A stretch of 64,000 nt of DNA from a bacterium (GCA_024638655.1 JAHEJW010000005.1:30155-94154); one strand, 5' to 3'. Positions 1 through 9,406 are shown, counted from the stretch's first letter. Notes: generated from the letters alone by a model not told the origin. Numbers and translations: made by a program.

Positions 1-173
1 ATCGCGACGTCGTGGGCAAAGTCTGGATAGTCGACGGATTCGGTCGAGTGTGTCCCGCAATCGACCACATCCCAGCCGGCTTCTCTCAACCGAAAGGCGA
101 TGCGCTCTTTGAGCGGGAAACCGCCATGATCGGCACCTATGGCAATGCCGGTACCGGACGGCTCGATTGTCAT
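1..173 (-). CDS. rpiB: ribose-5-phosphate isomerase B (N-terminal part; gene continues beyond window start)
   Basis: Minus-strand translation from ATG (171-173) reads MTIEPSGTGIAIGADHGGFPLKERIAFRLREAGWDVVDCGTHSTESVDYPDFAHDVA; matches RpiB/LacAB N-terminus (GxDHxG, VDxGT, SVDYPD). Not in ORF track because truncated. Confidence 0.6.
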   Translation of the reverse strand, partial: MTIEPSGTGIAIGADHGGFPLKERIAFRLREAGWDVVDCGTHSTESVDYPDFAHDVA

Positions 174-357
174 TTCAGGGTCGGGCTCGGACCTCGCTTC
201 GGGTGGCTCCGCCGACTCGGCCACGCCGTCGACGATGCGCTCGACGAGTCGACGCACCTCCTCCTCGCTGGGCAAGCCCCTTGGTTGTGGAGTCGGCATC
301 GATCCAGCATGGTAGGGAGACCCGACGGGCGACGACGAACCCCTTTAGGATGCACTC

Positions 358-1050
358 GTGACCGACCGAGACTCAGCGTTTCTTTGGGAAACCGAGGCAC
401 TCAGATCCGGGCCGCCTCGCCAACGAACCGGCTCCGAAGCGTCTTTGATCGAGGCAGGTGACTGGGTGACGCTCCGAGAGGCGAGCGAACTCACGGGCGT
501 CCCTACCGACACGATCCGCAAATGGGCACGCCACGAGAGGATCCCGAGCTTTCTCGAGAGGACCGAGGAAGGGCACCTCCGGATCGTCTCCCTGGAGGGA
601 ATCCGTGGGTGGTCGGAACAGATCGGTCGTGACCTCGATGTCCGTGTCACAGAGGAGGACCAAGAAGCCGTGGTGGTCGACCTCGACCCGGGCCGCCCTC
701 CCCACGCACCGGCCGAGAAGCCTCAAATCCCGGAAGGCTCGATGCTCGTCCCTCTCGACGCATGGAACAAGATGCTCAATCAGCTGGGCAACCTCCATGA
801 GGCCGGCCAGCAGCTCGCGGAGGCGAGGGAGAGAGCAGGCAAAGCCGAAACCGAGGCTCGTTTTCTCAAAGAGAGGCTGGCCGAGCTGCGAGCCGAGTTG
901 GATCGCACCCGTGCTCCAAGCGGGAAGGAAGATCCGCGCGAGCCTTCCGCGATGACAGAGAGCCCCCGGGCCTCCAACACCCTGAGCGGTACCGCTGCCT
1001 CCTTGGCTAGGAGGCTCTACGACGGTTGGAGCCGCCGGCGGCGCGCCTGA
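358..1050 (+). CDS. helix-turn-helix (MerR/excisionase-like) DNA-binding protein with C-terminal coiled coil; hypothetical
   Basis: ORF 230 aa; N-terminal WVTLREASELTGVPTDTIRKWARHERIP HTH-like segment; GTG start; Glu/Arg-rich helical C-terminus. Confidence 0.45.
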   Translation: MTDRDSAFLWETEALRSGPPRQRTGSEASLIEAGDWVTLREASELTGVPTDTIRKWARHERIPSFLERTEEGHLRIVSLEGIRGWSEQIGRDLDVRVTEEDQEAVVVDLDPGRPPHAPAEKPQIPEGSMLVPLDAWNKMLNQLGNLHEAGQQLAEARERAGKAETEARFLKERLAELRAELDRTRAPSGKEDPREPSAMTESPRASNTLSGTAASLARRLYDGWSRRRRA

Positions 1051-1053
1051 GCT

Positions 1054-2151
1054 TCAGGTTCCCGCGGAGTCGACAAGACGGTAGGTCACCTTCTGGTTGA
1101 TGTTCATATCGAGCACGAAACCCATCATCTCCCCGGTGGCTTGATCCGGCATGTTCAGATCCATGATCATGTGGGTCTGGCTGGCGAAGTCCGCCTGGCG
1201 GGCCAGGCCTGATTCGGCGTCGAACAGGGTCGTCATCTCGCCCACCGTCTCATCGATGTTCATCAGGAACCTGAGGTCCGCCACGAGGGCGTCGAGCTCG
1301 GCCTGATCCTCTCCGCTGGCGTCCTCTGGAAGGAACGCCTCGAAGAAGCCGATCAGGAACTCGGCGAGGTCGAACTCGATCATCGATGTGACCATCTCGG
1401 TTTCGATGACGAAGACGTCGTGACCGTCGAGAGTGTCGGTGTCCGTCACCTCGCTCGTGATCACGGTCGTTACGGGATCGCCATCGAGTCCCATCATCAT
1501 CGGCATTTCGATCGTCTCGGACCACGAGTCCCCCACCGTGACCGGTCCGTCTGAGAGGGGTGGGCCGACGAGTCTCCCCAGATCGCCCCCCTGTGTAAAC
1601 GTCTCCAGGCCACCCAACGCGCCCAGGGCGCCCAGGTCACCACCGAATAGGTCACCTGTCTCATCCCCTCGAGGGATCGCGTTGCCCTGCTCGTCGACGA
1701 GGATCGTCATGTCGATCGGGGGCATGTCGGCGATGTCGGGTATCTCACCCGGCGCCACCTCCGCGCCGTCGACCGTCCCTGCGACGTTCAGATCGGTGAA
1801 CTCCCCTCTGATCGTGATCTCGTAGGTTCCGGGCTCGGGCCCTTCGGCGACGGTGTGCGTGAAAGTCGTCGACCCGTCGAGTTGGAGCGACATGTTGCCG
1901 GGCATGTCCTCGTCGCCCGCCACGGCGCCGTCTCCCTCCGAGGTCATGACGATGCCCTGATCCAGGTCGACCTCGTAGGTGTAGGTGGTCCCGGGCTCGA
2001 GAGAGTAGGAGAGAAGGATCGCCTCAGGGCCGGATTGGGTCGTAGTGGTCTGCTGCAGGGCACTGGTGTTGCTTTGATCTGCCTCGCCGGCACCGCAAGC
2101 GGTCACTACCAGGGCGAACACGGAAAGGATCGAGAGGAGACGAAGTCGCAT
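1054..2151 (-). CDS. acidic secreted lipoprotein, hypothetical
   Basis: 365 aa; signal peptide + lipobox (LVVTAC), Thr-rich linker (QQTTTTQS), very Asp/Glu-rich. Confidence 0.55.
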   Translation of the reverse strand: MRLRLLSILSVFALVVTACGAGEADQSNTSALQQTTTTQSGPEAILLSYSLEPGTTYTYEVDLDQGIVMTSEGDGAVAGDEDMPGNMSLQLDGSTTFTHTVAEGPEPGTYEITIRGEFTDLNVAGTVDGAEVAPGEIPDIADMPPIDMTILVDEQGNAIPRGDETGDLFGGDLGALGALGGLETFTQGGDLGRLVGPPLSDGPVTVGDSWSETIEMPMMMGLDGDPVTTVITSEVTDTDTLDGHDVFVIETEMVTSMIEFDLAEFLIGFFEAFLPEDASGEDQAELDALVADLRFLMNIDETVGEMTTLFDAESGLARQADFASQTHMIMDLNMPDQATGEMMGFVLDMNINQKVTYRLVDSAGT

Positions 2152-2227
2152 GAGCCCACGTTATCCAGATCCCGGGTTTGTACGGCCGGGGCGGCTTGCG
2201 CGAGTCGTCTGGTATTAGCTTGCCCCC

Positions 2228-3139
2228 GTGACCAACCCGTGGACCCCCCTGATTGCCGCAACCATCGGGTGGGCGTCCTCAGCGGTTCTGTCACGAGCAG
2301 TCCTGGTGGCAGGAGTCGATGCCTTCACCCTCGTACCGGCACGCATGCTCTTCGCCATGGTGACCCTGGGCCTGGTGATCCTGATCTCAGGGCGTTTCCG
2401 GACGGCCGATCCCGAGGCGTGGAAGCGAGGCCTCGTCCTGGGCACCGTGAGCATGGCACTTCCCATGACATTGATGACCCTCGGGCTCGAGGACCTGCCC
2501 GTCAGCCTCGGCGGGCTACTCGTGGCCCTGATCCCGATTGCCACGATCGCAGCGGCTCACTTCCTTGTCGCCGGTGAGCGGTTCCAGTCGAAGAGCCTTC
2601 CCGGCTTGCTGATCGCCCTCGCTGGCTCTGCCCTGCTGGTCGGAATCGGTGGCGCCACCATCGAGGGGGTGGGCAATCTCTCGCGGGGGGTCGGCTTCAC
2701 ACTTGCGGGAGTGGTGATGGCGGGAGTCGGCGGGGCGGTCGCCCGTCGTTTCGCACTGCAGATGCCAAGCGACAAGCTCGTCCTCCCCCAGTTCACCGTC
2801 AACACGATCGCCGTCTTTGCCATCGCACCGTTCCTGGCCGGCACCGAGCTCACCTCCATTACGGGCCCGACCTGGCTGTTGATGGGAGCGGTAGGGGCGG
2901 TCGGGACCGCACTGCCCTTCGTCTCGTTCCTCATCGGCGCTTCGACCAACCCGGCGTCCCGGCTGGCCCTGACCGGCTATGCAGTCCCGGTGGTAGCGGT
3001 AACCCTGGCCGTCATCTTCCTTGGAGAATCGCTCACGCCGGAGATCCTCGCCGGCGCGGTGCTCATCATCACCGGGGTCGTCCTTGCGGAGCGCACGACA
3101 GACCACGTACCCGAGCCCGGAGTGTTCGAAGCACGCTGA
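2228..3139 (+). CDS. EamA/DMT-family transporter
   Basis: 303 aa, ~10 predicted TM helices, two EamA-like halves. Confidence 0.65.
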   Translation: MTNPWTPLIAATIGWASSAVLSRAVLVAGVDAFTLVPARMLFAMVTLGLVILISGRFRTADPEAWKRGLVLGTVSMALPMTLMTLGLEDLPVSLGGLLVALIPIATIAAAHFLVAGERFQSKSLPGLLIALAGSALLVGIGGATIEGVGNLSRGVGFTLAGVVMAGVGGAVARRFALQMPSDKLVLPQFTVNTIAVFAIAPFLAGTELTSITGPTWLLMGAVGAVGTALPFVSFLIGASTNPASRLALTGYAVPVVAVTLAVIFLGESLTPEILAGAVLIITGVVLAERTTDHVPEPGVFEAR

Positions 3140-3162
3140 CCTCAATTACCCTCCGGCCACCT

Positions 3163-4797
3163 ATGAGCCGGAACATCCTCGTGGCCGTCGCCTGGCCGTA
3201 TGCGTCGGGGTCGCTGCATCTCGGGCATCTAGGTGGCGCTTACCTTCCGGCAGACGTATTCGCCCGGTATCACCGAATCGCCGGCAACGACGTGCTGATG
3301 GTCTCGGGCTCGGATGCAAATGGGACTCCAATCACGGTCAAAGCCGACGAAATGGGGATCACGCCCCGTGAGGTGGTGGACACCTTCCACCCGGAGATCC
3401 TCGGCTATTGGGAGAGCCTCGGGATCTCGTTCGACCTGTTCACCACCACGATGACCCAGAACCACCACCGGGTCACCCAGGACATGTTCCTCCGCCTGCT
3501 CGAGGCCGGATACCTGCACAAGAAGACGACGGAACAGTACTTCGACCCCGAAGCCGAGAGGTTCCTCCCGGACCGATACGTGGAGGGAACGTGCCCTCAC
3601 TGCGGCTACGCCGAGGCCCGGGGCGATCAATGCGACAACTGCGGCCGGACGCTGGACGTAACCGATCTCATCGAGCCTCGCTCCAAGCTGAGTGGAGCCG
3701 CTCCCGTCCGGCGCGAGACCGAGCATTACTTCCTCGACCTACCCGCTTTCGCCGACCCGCTGAGGAATTGGCTGGAGAGCAAGACGACGTGGCGCAAACA
3801 CGTCAAGAACTGGGCTCTGGGCATGGTCGACGAGATGCCCGAGCGCGCCATCACTCGCGACATCGATTGGGGCGTCGACGTCCCGGTCGACGATCTCGGC
3901 CCCGGCAAGAAGATCTATGTCTGGTTCGACGCAGTCATCGGTTATCTCTCCGCAGCCATCGAATGGGCTTCCGCCACGGGGGATGCCGACGCCTGGAAGA
4001 GGTGGTGGGAGAACCAGGACGCCGAGTCGTACTACTTCGTCGGCAAGGACAACATCCCTTTCCATGCCGTGATCTGGCCGGCGATGCTGATGGGGTACGG
4101 CGAGCTGAACCTGCCGACTGATGTGCCGGCCAACCAATACATCACGTTCAAGGGTGCCAAGGCGTCCAAGTCGAAGGGAGTGGGGCGCTCGATCGGCTGG
4201 TATGCCGAGCGCCTCCAGCCTGATGCATTGCGCTACGCCATTGCTTCGATCCTGCCCGAACAGAACGACACCGACCTGAGCGACGACGACATAATCCGGA
4301 GGGTCAACGAGGAGCTCGTGGCGACCTGGGGCAATCTGGTGAACAGAGTGCTGTCGATGAGTGCGCGCAGCTTCGATGGCCGGGTGCCTGAGCCTGGCCA
4401 GCTCACGGATGACGACAACGCGGTCCTGGAACTGGGTTCGTCAACCCTGAACGAAGTTGCGTCTCAAATCGAGGCGGTCCAACTCAGAGCCGGGCTGCGA
4501 GCAGCCTTGGACGCCGCCGGCGAAGTCAACGCCTACCTCAATGCCACCGAGCCGTGGAGGATCCTCGAGGAAGACCCCGCCCGCGCCGGCACCATCCTCT
4601 GGACGGCGGTTCAGGCGATATCGGCGATCCGGGTGGCGTTGTCTCCGTATCTGCCGTTTTCGACGAGAACCATCGGAGGGATGCTCGGGTTGGACGCCGA
4701 GATCGCTGACTGGACCGTCCCCGAGATCACCGGAGGCGCCGAGTTGGGCGAGATTCGACCTGTCTTCGAGAAGCTGGACAGCGACGTCCTCGACTAG
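3163..4797 (+). CDS. metG: methionine--tRNA ligase
   Basis: Class I aaRS HLGH motif (SLHLGHLGG), KMSKS-like KASKSKG, zinc knuckle CPHCG...CDNCG; 544 aa. Confidence 0.95.
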   Translation: MSRNILVAVAWPYASGSLHLGHLGGAYLPADVFARYHRIAGNDVLMVSGSDANGTPITVKADEMGITPREVVDTFHPEILGYWESLGISFDLFTTTMTQNHHRVTQDMFLRLLEAGYLHKKTTEQYFDPEAERFLPDRYVEGTCPHCGYAEARGDQCDNCGRTLDVTDLIEPRSKLSGAAPVRRETEHYFLDLPAFADPLRNWLESKTTWRKHVKNWALGMVDEMPERAITRDIDWGVDVPVDDLGPGKKIYVWFDAVIGYLSAAIEWASATGDADAWKRWWENQDAESYYFVGKDNIPFHAVIWPAMLMGYGELNLPTDVPANQYITFKGAKASKSKGVGRSIGWYAERLQPDALRYAIASILPEQNDTDLSDDDIIRRVNEELVATWGNLVNRVLSMSARSFDGRVPEPGQLTDDDNAVLELGSSTLNEVASQIEAVQLRAGLRAALDAAGEVNAYLNATEPWRILEEDPARAGTILWTAVQAISAIRVALSPYLPFSTRTIGGMLGLDAEIADWTVPEITGGAELGEIRPVFEKLDSDVLD

Positions 4798-4851
4798 GGC
4801 CCCGTCGAAAAGGGCTCTCCTTTAGCCCGTCGCGGACGATAGATTTGCCCT

Positions 4852-5043
4852 ATGGCCCGGATGGCGCGCATCGCAGGAGGTTCGACCCTCATCGCTGCAG
4901 GTACAGCCATGCTCGTCCTGCCCGGACCCGGTCTGCTCACCATTGTGGCTGGCGTCGCCGTCCTGGCGAAGGACGTGCCGTGGGCAAATCGCCTGATGGG
5001 TGAGATTCGGTCGCGGCGGAGGGGCGATCAGGCCGGCGGGTAG
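4852..5043 (+). CDS. PGPGW-family small transmembrane protein
   Basis: 63 aa, LVLPGPGLLTIVAG motif typical of PGPGW (PF09656-like) proteins. Confidence 0.45.
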   Translation: MARMARIAGGSTLIAAGTAMLVLPGPGLLTIVAGVAVLAKDVPWANRLMGEIRSRRRGDQAGG

Positions 5044-5435
5044 ACCCCCATGCTCTTGGCCTTCTCGGTCTGCCAGAAGATGTCGGCGATCTCGTCGATG
5101 AGGTCGATCAGCTTCTGACCCTCAGCCGGGTCGTCTGACTTCTTCGCCTCACCCGCCTGATGGATCGCTCTCCAAAACAGGTCGTCGAGGTTGGAGAACT
5201 GCTCCCTGTGCTCAGCCGTGAAGAAGTCTGCCCACAGGACCATGAGATGATGTTTGGCCAGTTCGGCTCGCTCCTCTTTGATGAAGCGGGCTCGATCCTT
5301 GAAGGCCTCGTCGTCGGAAGCCTGGCCTTTCTCGGCGCTCTTCATGACGGACATGGCTTCGATCTTGGCCTGGGCCGGGTCGTAGACCCCGCAGTAGAGG
5401 TCGCAGTGTGCATGAGCGACGGTGACTTGTCGCAT
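5028..5435 (-). CDS. sodN: nickel-containing superoxide dismutase (with 9-aa propeptide)
   Basis: MRQVTVAHA|HCDLYCGVYDPAQAKIEAMSV...RAELAKHHLMVLWADFF closely matches Ni-SOD (Ni-hook His-Cys-x-x-x-Cys at mature N-terminus). ORF-track N-terminal extension trimmed to ATG 5433-5435, preceded by AAGGAG. Confidence 0.85.
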   Translation of the reverse strand: MRQVTVAHAHCDLYCGVYDPAQAKIEAMSVMKSAEKGQASDDEAFKDRARFIKEERAELAKHHLMVLWADFFTAEHREQFSNLDDLFWRAIHQAGEAKKSDDPAEGQKLIDLIDEIADIFWQTEKAKSMGVYPPA

Positions 5436-5485
5436 GGGGCTCCTTGTCTGTGGATAGCTGTCGCTGACAATACTCTCGCCCCAAC

Positions 5486-6451
5486 ATGGCGATGAGACGG
5501 TTCGAGATTGCCCAAGACTCGATGCGGCCAAACCTCACCCCGGGCGACGAGGTGGTGGCGGTGGATACCCGCGACCCCTCCTACGGGGATGTCGTCGTGT
5601 TCACCCACCCCGAGCGTGCCGGCTTCTGGATGGTGAAGAGAGTGGCAAAGCCTCCCAGCCCGATCCGCCAGGACCAAGTCTGGGTCCTGTCAGACAATCC
5701 GGACGCCACGATGGCAGACTCGCGAACTCTCGGTCCGCTCCTCAAGTCATCGATGTGGACCGTCATCGACCGTCTCGACAGCCCTTCGTTCAATGAGGCG
5801 TGCATGTTGCTGGCCGCCGAGGACGAGTCGCTGAGAGGCATCGTCGACGAGCACGGTCTGCCGGAGTTCTGGGCCAGGAAGCCCGGTTTCCCGACTCTGG
5901 TCTGGTTGATTCTCGAACAACAGGTCTCACTCGAGTCCGGTGCCGCGATGTACCGGCGGGTGCACGATGCGGCCCGGTCGATCAGACCAGAAGCCATCCT
6001 CGACCTGGGCGAGGCATCTCTGCGGTCTCTCGGAGTGACCAGACAGAAGTCGGGCTACCTCATCGAACTATCCAGAGCGATCCTGGAGGGCGACCTCGAC
6101 CTCGACCGCCTCGGTCGGCTCCCGGAGCCAGATGCTCGGACCGCCCTGACCGCGATGAGGGGGATCGGTCCCTGGACAGCCGATGCCTACTTGCTGTCGG
6201 CACTCCGCCATCCGGATGTCTTCCCGGTCGGGGATCGCGCCCTTCAGGTAGGCACGGGGGAAGTGCTCGGTATGACCTCGGTGCCGGACCCCGAGCAGCT
6301 CGACCTGATATCGCAACCATGGAAGCCCATACGGGCGGCGGCGGCGCGGCTCATCTGGCATGACTACCTCGCCCGGCGGGGCAGGGTCGAGCCCACCGAC
6401 CCGACCGCCGAGCACGACATCTCCCGCGACGGCGTAGAGTCCTTTCCATGA
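5486..6451 (+). CDS. sodX: fusion protein: SodX (S26-family Ni-SOD maturation peptidase) N-terminal domain + AlkA-like HhH-GPD DNA glycosylase C-terminal domain
   Basis: N-terminal ~100 aa: DSMRPNL (Ser), VKRV (Lys), GDVVVF..HP, LSDNP..DSR = S26/SodX pattern, divergent from sodN. C-terminal ~210 aa: HhH-GPD (LTAMRGIGPWTADAYLL...VGDRAL). Single uninterrupted 321-aa ORF. Confidence 0.7.
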   Translation: MAMRRFEIAQDSMRPNLTPGDEVVAVDTRDPSYGDVVVFTHPERAGFWMVKRVAKPPSPIRQDQVWVLSDNPDATMADSRTLGPLLKSSMWTVIDRLDSPSFNEACMLLAAEDESLRGIVDEHGLPEFWARKPGFPTLVWLILEQQVSLESGAAMYRRVHDAARSIRPEAILDLGEASLRSLGVTRQKSGYLIELSRAILEGDLDLDRLGRLPEPDARTALTAMRGIGPWTADAYLLSALRHPDVFPVGDRALQVGTGEVLGMTSVPDPEQLDLISQPWKPIRAAAARLIWHDYLARRGRVEPTDPTAEHDISRDGVESFP

Positions 6452-6849
6452 CCGAGTTCGTGGTGCAAATGGAGAACCGGCCGGGAAGACTGGCGACCCT
6501 CACCGAGTCTCTTGCTGCGTTCGGAGTCAACATCGAAGCACTCGCCGCATACGGTCACGACGGCGAGGGAACCGTCCGGCTCATCGTCGACGATGCACCC
6601 ACCACGCGACGAGTGCTCGAGGAAGCTGCGCTGCAAGCCGAAGAGCACACCGTGCTCACGGCACTCCTTCCCGATCGCCCGGGAGAGTTGGCCCGTTTGA
6701 CGAGATCCGTCGCCGACGCCGGAATCAACATCGACGCCATATACGTCCTCAACAACTCCGCCGACGGGATCGAGTTTGCCATCTCGGTCGACCAGCCGGA
6801 GTCGGCGCTGCCCCATCTGCAGGTCACCGGAGGCACGCTTCCCGAATAG
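6448..6849 (+). CDS. ACT-domain protein (two ACT-like repeats)
   Basis: 133 aa; start overlaps upstream stop (ATGA); two ~60-aa repeats with ACT-like pattern. Confidence 0.6.
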   Translation: MTEFVVQMENRPGRLATLTESLAAFGVNIEALAAYGHDGEGTVRLIVDDAPTTRRVLEEAALQAEEHTVLTALLPDRPGELARLTRSVADAGINIDAIYVLNNSADGIEFAISVDQPESALPHLQVTGGTLPE

Positions 6850-6887
6850 TTGCTGATTTCGGCGACTCGATACCTAACCTCGCGCCG

Positions 6888-7955
6888 ATGCGATCCCCTT
6901 TGGCTGTTCTGCTGGCTCTGGGGCTGCTGGTCGGGGCTTGCAGCCCCGACGAGGTAGCCGACACAACGACCACAACGACCACAACGACCTCGACACCATC
7001 GACCACCTCCACGAGCACCACTCTGGCCCCCACCACGACCGAGACAGGCGAGACCTCGCTGATCAATGGGACGACGGTCGAGAGCCCGGAGCTCCTCGAG
7101 AGGCGTGTCCTCGCCGTCAAGATCGACAACCATCCCCGGGCCAACCCGCAATCGGGTATCGATCAGGCGGACATGGTCATCGAGCTGATGGTGGAGGGGA
7201 TCACCCGCTTCCTGACCATCTGGCACGAGAGCGACTCCGAGTACCTCGGACCGATGCGATCCGGCCGTCCCACCGACCCGACACTCCTCACCGCCATGAA
7301 CGAGCCGACCTTCGCCCTCTCCGGAGCCCAGGACTGGGTCCAGCAGCTGATCCGGGCGAAGGACGTCCATCTCATTGGTGAAGTCGGTCAGCCGCAGACG
7401 TTCCGGGTCTCGGGACGCAGCGCCCCGCACGACCTCTACGTGAACACCGTTGCCCTCCGTGAGTATGCCGACGGTCGCGGCTATCCGAACGACCCGCCCG
7501 AGGGACCGCTGTGGGCCTTTGGTCCGATGCCTTCCTCGGCCGAACAGGCCAGCCAGGTGACCATCGATTTCTCGGGGAACACTGTTCTCTGGGACTGGGA
7601 CGAGGAGACCGGCATGTGGCAACGATCGGGCTTTGGCGATGAGTCGACGGTGCGCGACGAGGAGGGCGAGGAGACCAGACTCGGCGTGCCTGTCATGGTC
7701 GCCCTGTATGTCGATCAATACTCGGTCAGCCCGCCTTCGGGTGCGTCCGGTTCTTCACTGCCCAGCTCACGCACCACCGGCTCAGGTGAGGCGTTCATCT
7801 TCGCCGACGGGAGAGTCTTGATTGGAGCCTGGGAACGAGAAGACGAGTCCGAGTGGTTCACCCTGACCGATGAGAATGGGAAGATGATGCTCGTCCCGCC
7901 AGGGCGGGTATGGGTGTCATTGGTCCCCTCCAATCGCGGTCTGACCTACAAGTAA
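6888..7955 (+). CDS. DUF3048-family lipoprotein
   Basis: Signal peptide + lipobox LLVGAC, Thr-rich linker, then DUF3048-like region (RVLAVKIDNHPRA...). Confidence 0.6.
   Translation: MRSPLAVLLALGLLVGACSPDEVADTTTTTTTTTSTPSTTSTSTTLAPTTTETGETSLINGTTVESPELLERRVLAVKIDNHPRANPQSGIDQADMVIELMVEGITRFLTIWHESDSEYLGPMRSGRPTDPTLLTAMNEPTFALSGAQDWVQQLIRAKDVHLIGEVGQPQTFRVSGRSAPHDLYVNTVALREYADGRGYPNDPPEGPLWAFGPMPSSAEQASQVTIDFSGNTVLWDWDEETGMWQRSGFGDESTVRDEEGEETRLGVPVMVALYVDQYSVSPPSGASGSSLPSSRTTGSGEAFIFADGRVLIGAWEREDESEWFTLTDENGKMMLVPPGRVWVSLVPSNRGLTYK
6963..6989 (+). repeat. 3 x 9-bp perfect tandem repeat (ACAACGACC) encoding a poly-Thr tract
   Basis: acaacgacc repeated at 6963, 6972, 6981 inside the DUF3048 gene linker. 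Confidence 0.7.
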
Positions 7956-8013
7956 CACCTCGCTGGTCGGAGCGATTCAGGCAAGCCGCTCCCTGGCTGA
8001 CTACTTTCAAGCC

Positions 8014-9297
8014 GTGTCAGCAGATTCAGCAGTCGCACGGGTGGAGGAAGCCCTCTCCAAGGCACACGACAGTCAGGCGAAACTCAACGCATTCACCGAG
8101 ATCGATGACGAGGGAGCCCTCGAGCGAGCCGCTGAAATCGACCGTCAGGCAGCGGGTGACCGGCATCCGGGACAGCTCGCCGGAGTTCCGATCGCATTGA
8201 AGGACCTGATCGACCACAAGGGCCACCTGACCACGTCGGGATCGGCCTTCTATCGGAAGTCGGCCCCGACTTCGGCCCCATCGGTGCGAGCCCTGGAAGA
8301 TGCCGGTGCCGTGATCATCGGTCGCACCGGGCTTCATGAGTTCGCCTTCGGCTTCTCCTCGGAGAATCCGCATTGGGGTCCGGTGCGTAATCCATGGGAC
8401 ACGGAGACCTCCACCGGAGGGTCCTCCGGGGGCTCGGCTGCCGCGGTGGCCGCAGGGATAGTGCCGATCGCCATCGGGACCGATACGGGCGGCTCGGTCA
8501 GGGTGCCCGCGGCGCTTTGTGGGACCTACGGCTTGAAGGTGACCCATGGTCGTGTCCCCCTGGAGGGCGTCTTCCCCCTGGTCCCCTCTCTGGACACCGT
8601 CGGGCCCCTCGCCGGCTCGCTGGCCGACCTGGAACTCTCGTATCGGGCGATGGCAGGCGACAGATCGGAGCCAAGGGAGCCCGGGCCGCTCCGGCTGGGG
8701 ATACCCCAACCCTGGGTCGAAAATGCTCCGTTCGAGCCCGACATCGCGAAGATCTTCGAGAATGCGGTCGTGTCGTTGCGGGCAATGGGGCACGAGGTTG
8801 GAGTCATCCACCTGCCCGACGCGGTGCCCTCGACCAAACTCTGGCACGCCATCGCCGAAGAGGTCAGAGAGGTTCACGCCGAGTTCCGGGCGAGGGGCGA
8901 ACCATACGGAGACGACGTGGCCATGCGTCTTGCCGATGCCGAACTGGTGACGACCGAGGAGATCACCGGAGCCCGAAACTGGCAGGCGATGATCAGGGAG
9001 CGGTTCGGCGACGCCTTCGAGACGGTCGACTTCCTGTTGACCCCCACCGTCCCGGTCCGAAGGAAACGAATCGGCGAAGAGGAAATCGGCGGTCGCCATT
9101 ACCGATCCGTCCTCTCCTACTTCACCGCTTTGGTCAATCACTCGCTCCACCCGGCGTTGGCCCTTCCCTTGTTGGGCAGCGGTTCTCCTCCGGCATCACT
9201 GCAGGTGATCGGTAGGTTCCGTGGCGAAGCCGATCTCCTGGGTTTCGCCACCGACCTGGAAGGGAAAGGTCTGGCTGGGTTCGTCCCCGCCGGCTGA
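8014..9297 (+). CDS. amidase (amidase-signature family)
   Basis: [14 protein letters not shown] amidase-signature motif, 427 aa. Confidence 0.85.
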   Translation: MSADSAVARVEEALSKAHDSQAKLNAFTEIDDEGALERAAEIDRQAAGDRHPGQLAGVPIALKDLIDHKGHLTTSGSAFYRKSAPTSAPSVRALEDAGAVIIGRTGLHEFAFGFSSENPHWGPVRNPWDTETSTGGSSGGSAAAVAAGIVPIAIGTDTGGSVRVPAALCGTYGLKVTHGRVPLEGVFPLVPSLDTVGPLAGSLADLELSYRAMAGDRSEPREPGPLRLGIPQPWVENAPFEPDIAKIFENAVVSLRAMGHEVGVIHLPDAVPSTKLWHAIAEEVREVHAEFRARGEPYGDDVAMRLADAELVTTEEITGARNWQAMIRERFGDAFETVDFLLTPTVPVRRKRIGEEEIGGRHYRSVLSYFTALVNHSLHPALALPLLGSGSPPASLQVIGRFRGEADLLGFATDLEGKGLAGFVPAG

Positions 9298-9406
9298 ATT
9301 CACCTAACAACAGCCGTGAATAGACTTGGATGTGGCAGAAACGAATTGGAGGCTTGTCCTCTCGGCCGATGGGGCCCAGGCAGGCAAATGAGACGATCGC
9401 AAGGAA

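Noticed and set aside
5436-5485. Nur (Fur-family) box of the TTGCAA-N5-TTGCAA type in the sodN/sodX divergent promoter
   Set aside because: No such motif is present. Only an imperfect TGTCGCTGACA near-palindrome is seen, which is too weak to call.
6963-6989. 9-bp tandem repeats considered as a possible CRISPR or mobile-element signature
   Set aside because: Only three contiguous copies with no spacers, all in frame inside a coding linker encoding poly-Thr. No CRISPR-like repeat-spacer array exists anywhere in the window.
6555-7718. 387-aa minus-strand ORF antisense to the ACT and DUF3048 genes
   Set aside because: Low-complexity Arg/Gly/Ser-rich translation typical of shadow ORFs in high-GC DNA; the sense-strand genes have clear family signatures and coupling.
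8026-9150. 374-aa minus-strand ORF antisense to the amidase gene
   Set aside because: Shadow ORF; the amidase signature GGSSGGS is on the plus strand. The same reasoning applies to the other long antisense ORFs: 10424-11182, 14397-15545, 22316-23401, 24150-24638, 34350-35177, 42803-43798, 46557-47822, 48431-49165, 49220-50035, 55724-56752, 57376-58218, 58527-59414, 60020-60700 and 60277-60990.
9298-9406. Inverted repeat TTCAC-N12-GTGAA in the korA 5' region as a regulator site
   Set aside because: A 5-bp arm with a long spacer is expected by chance, and there is no second supporting feature.
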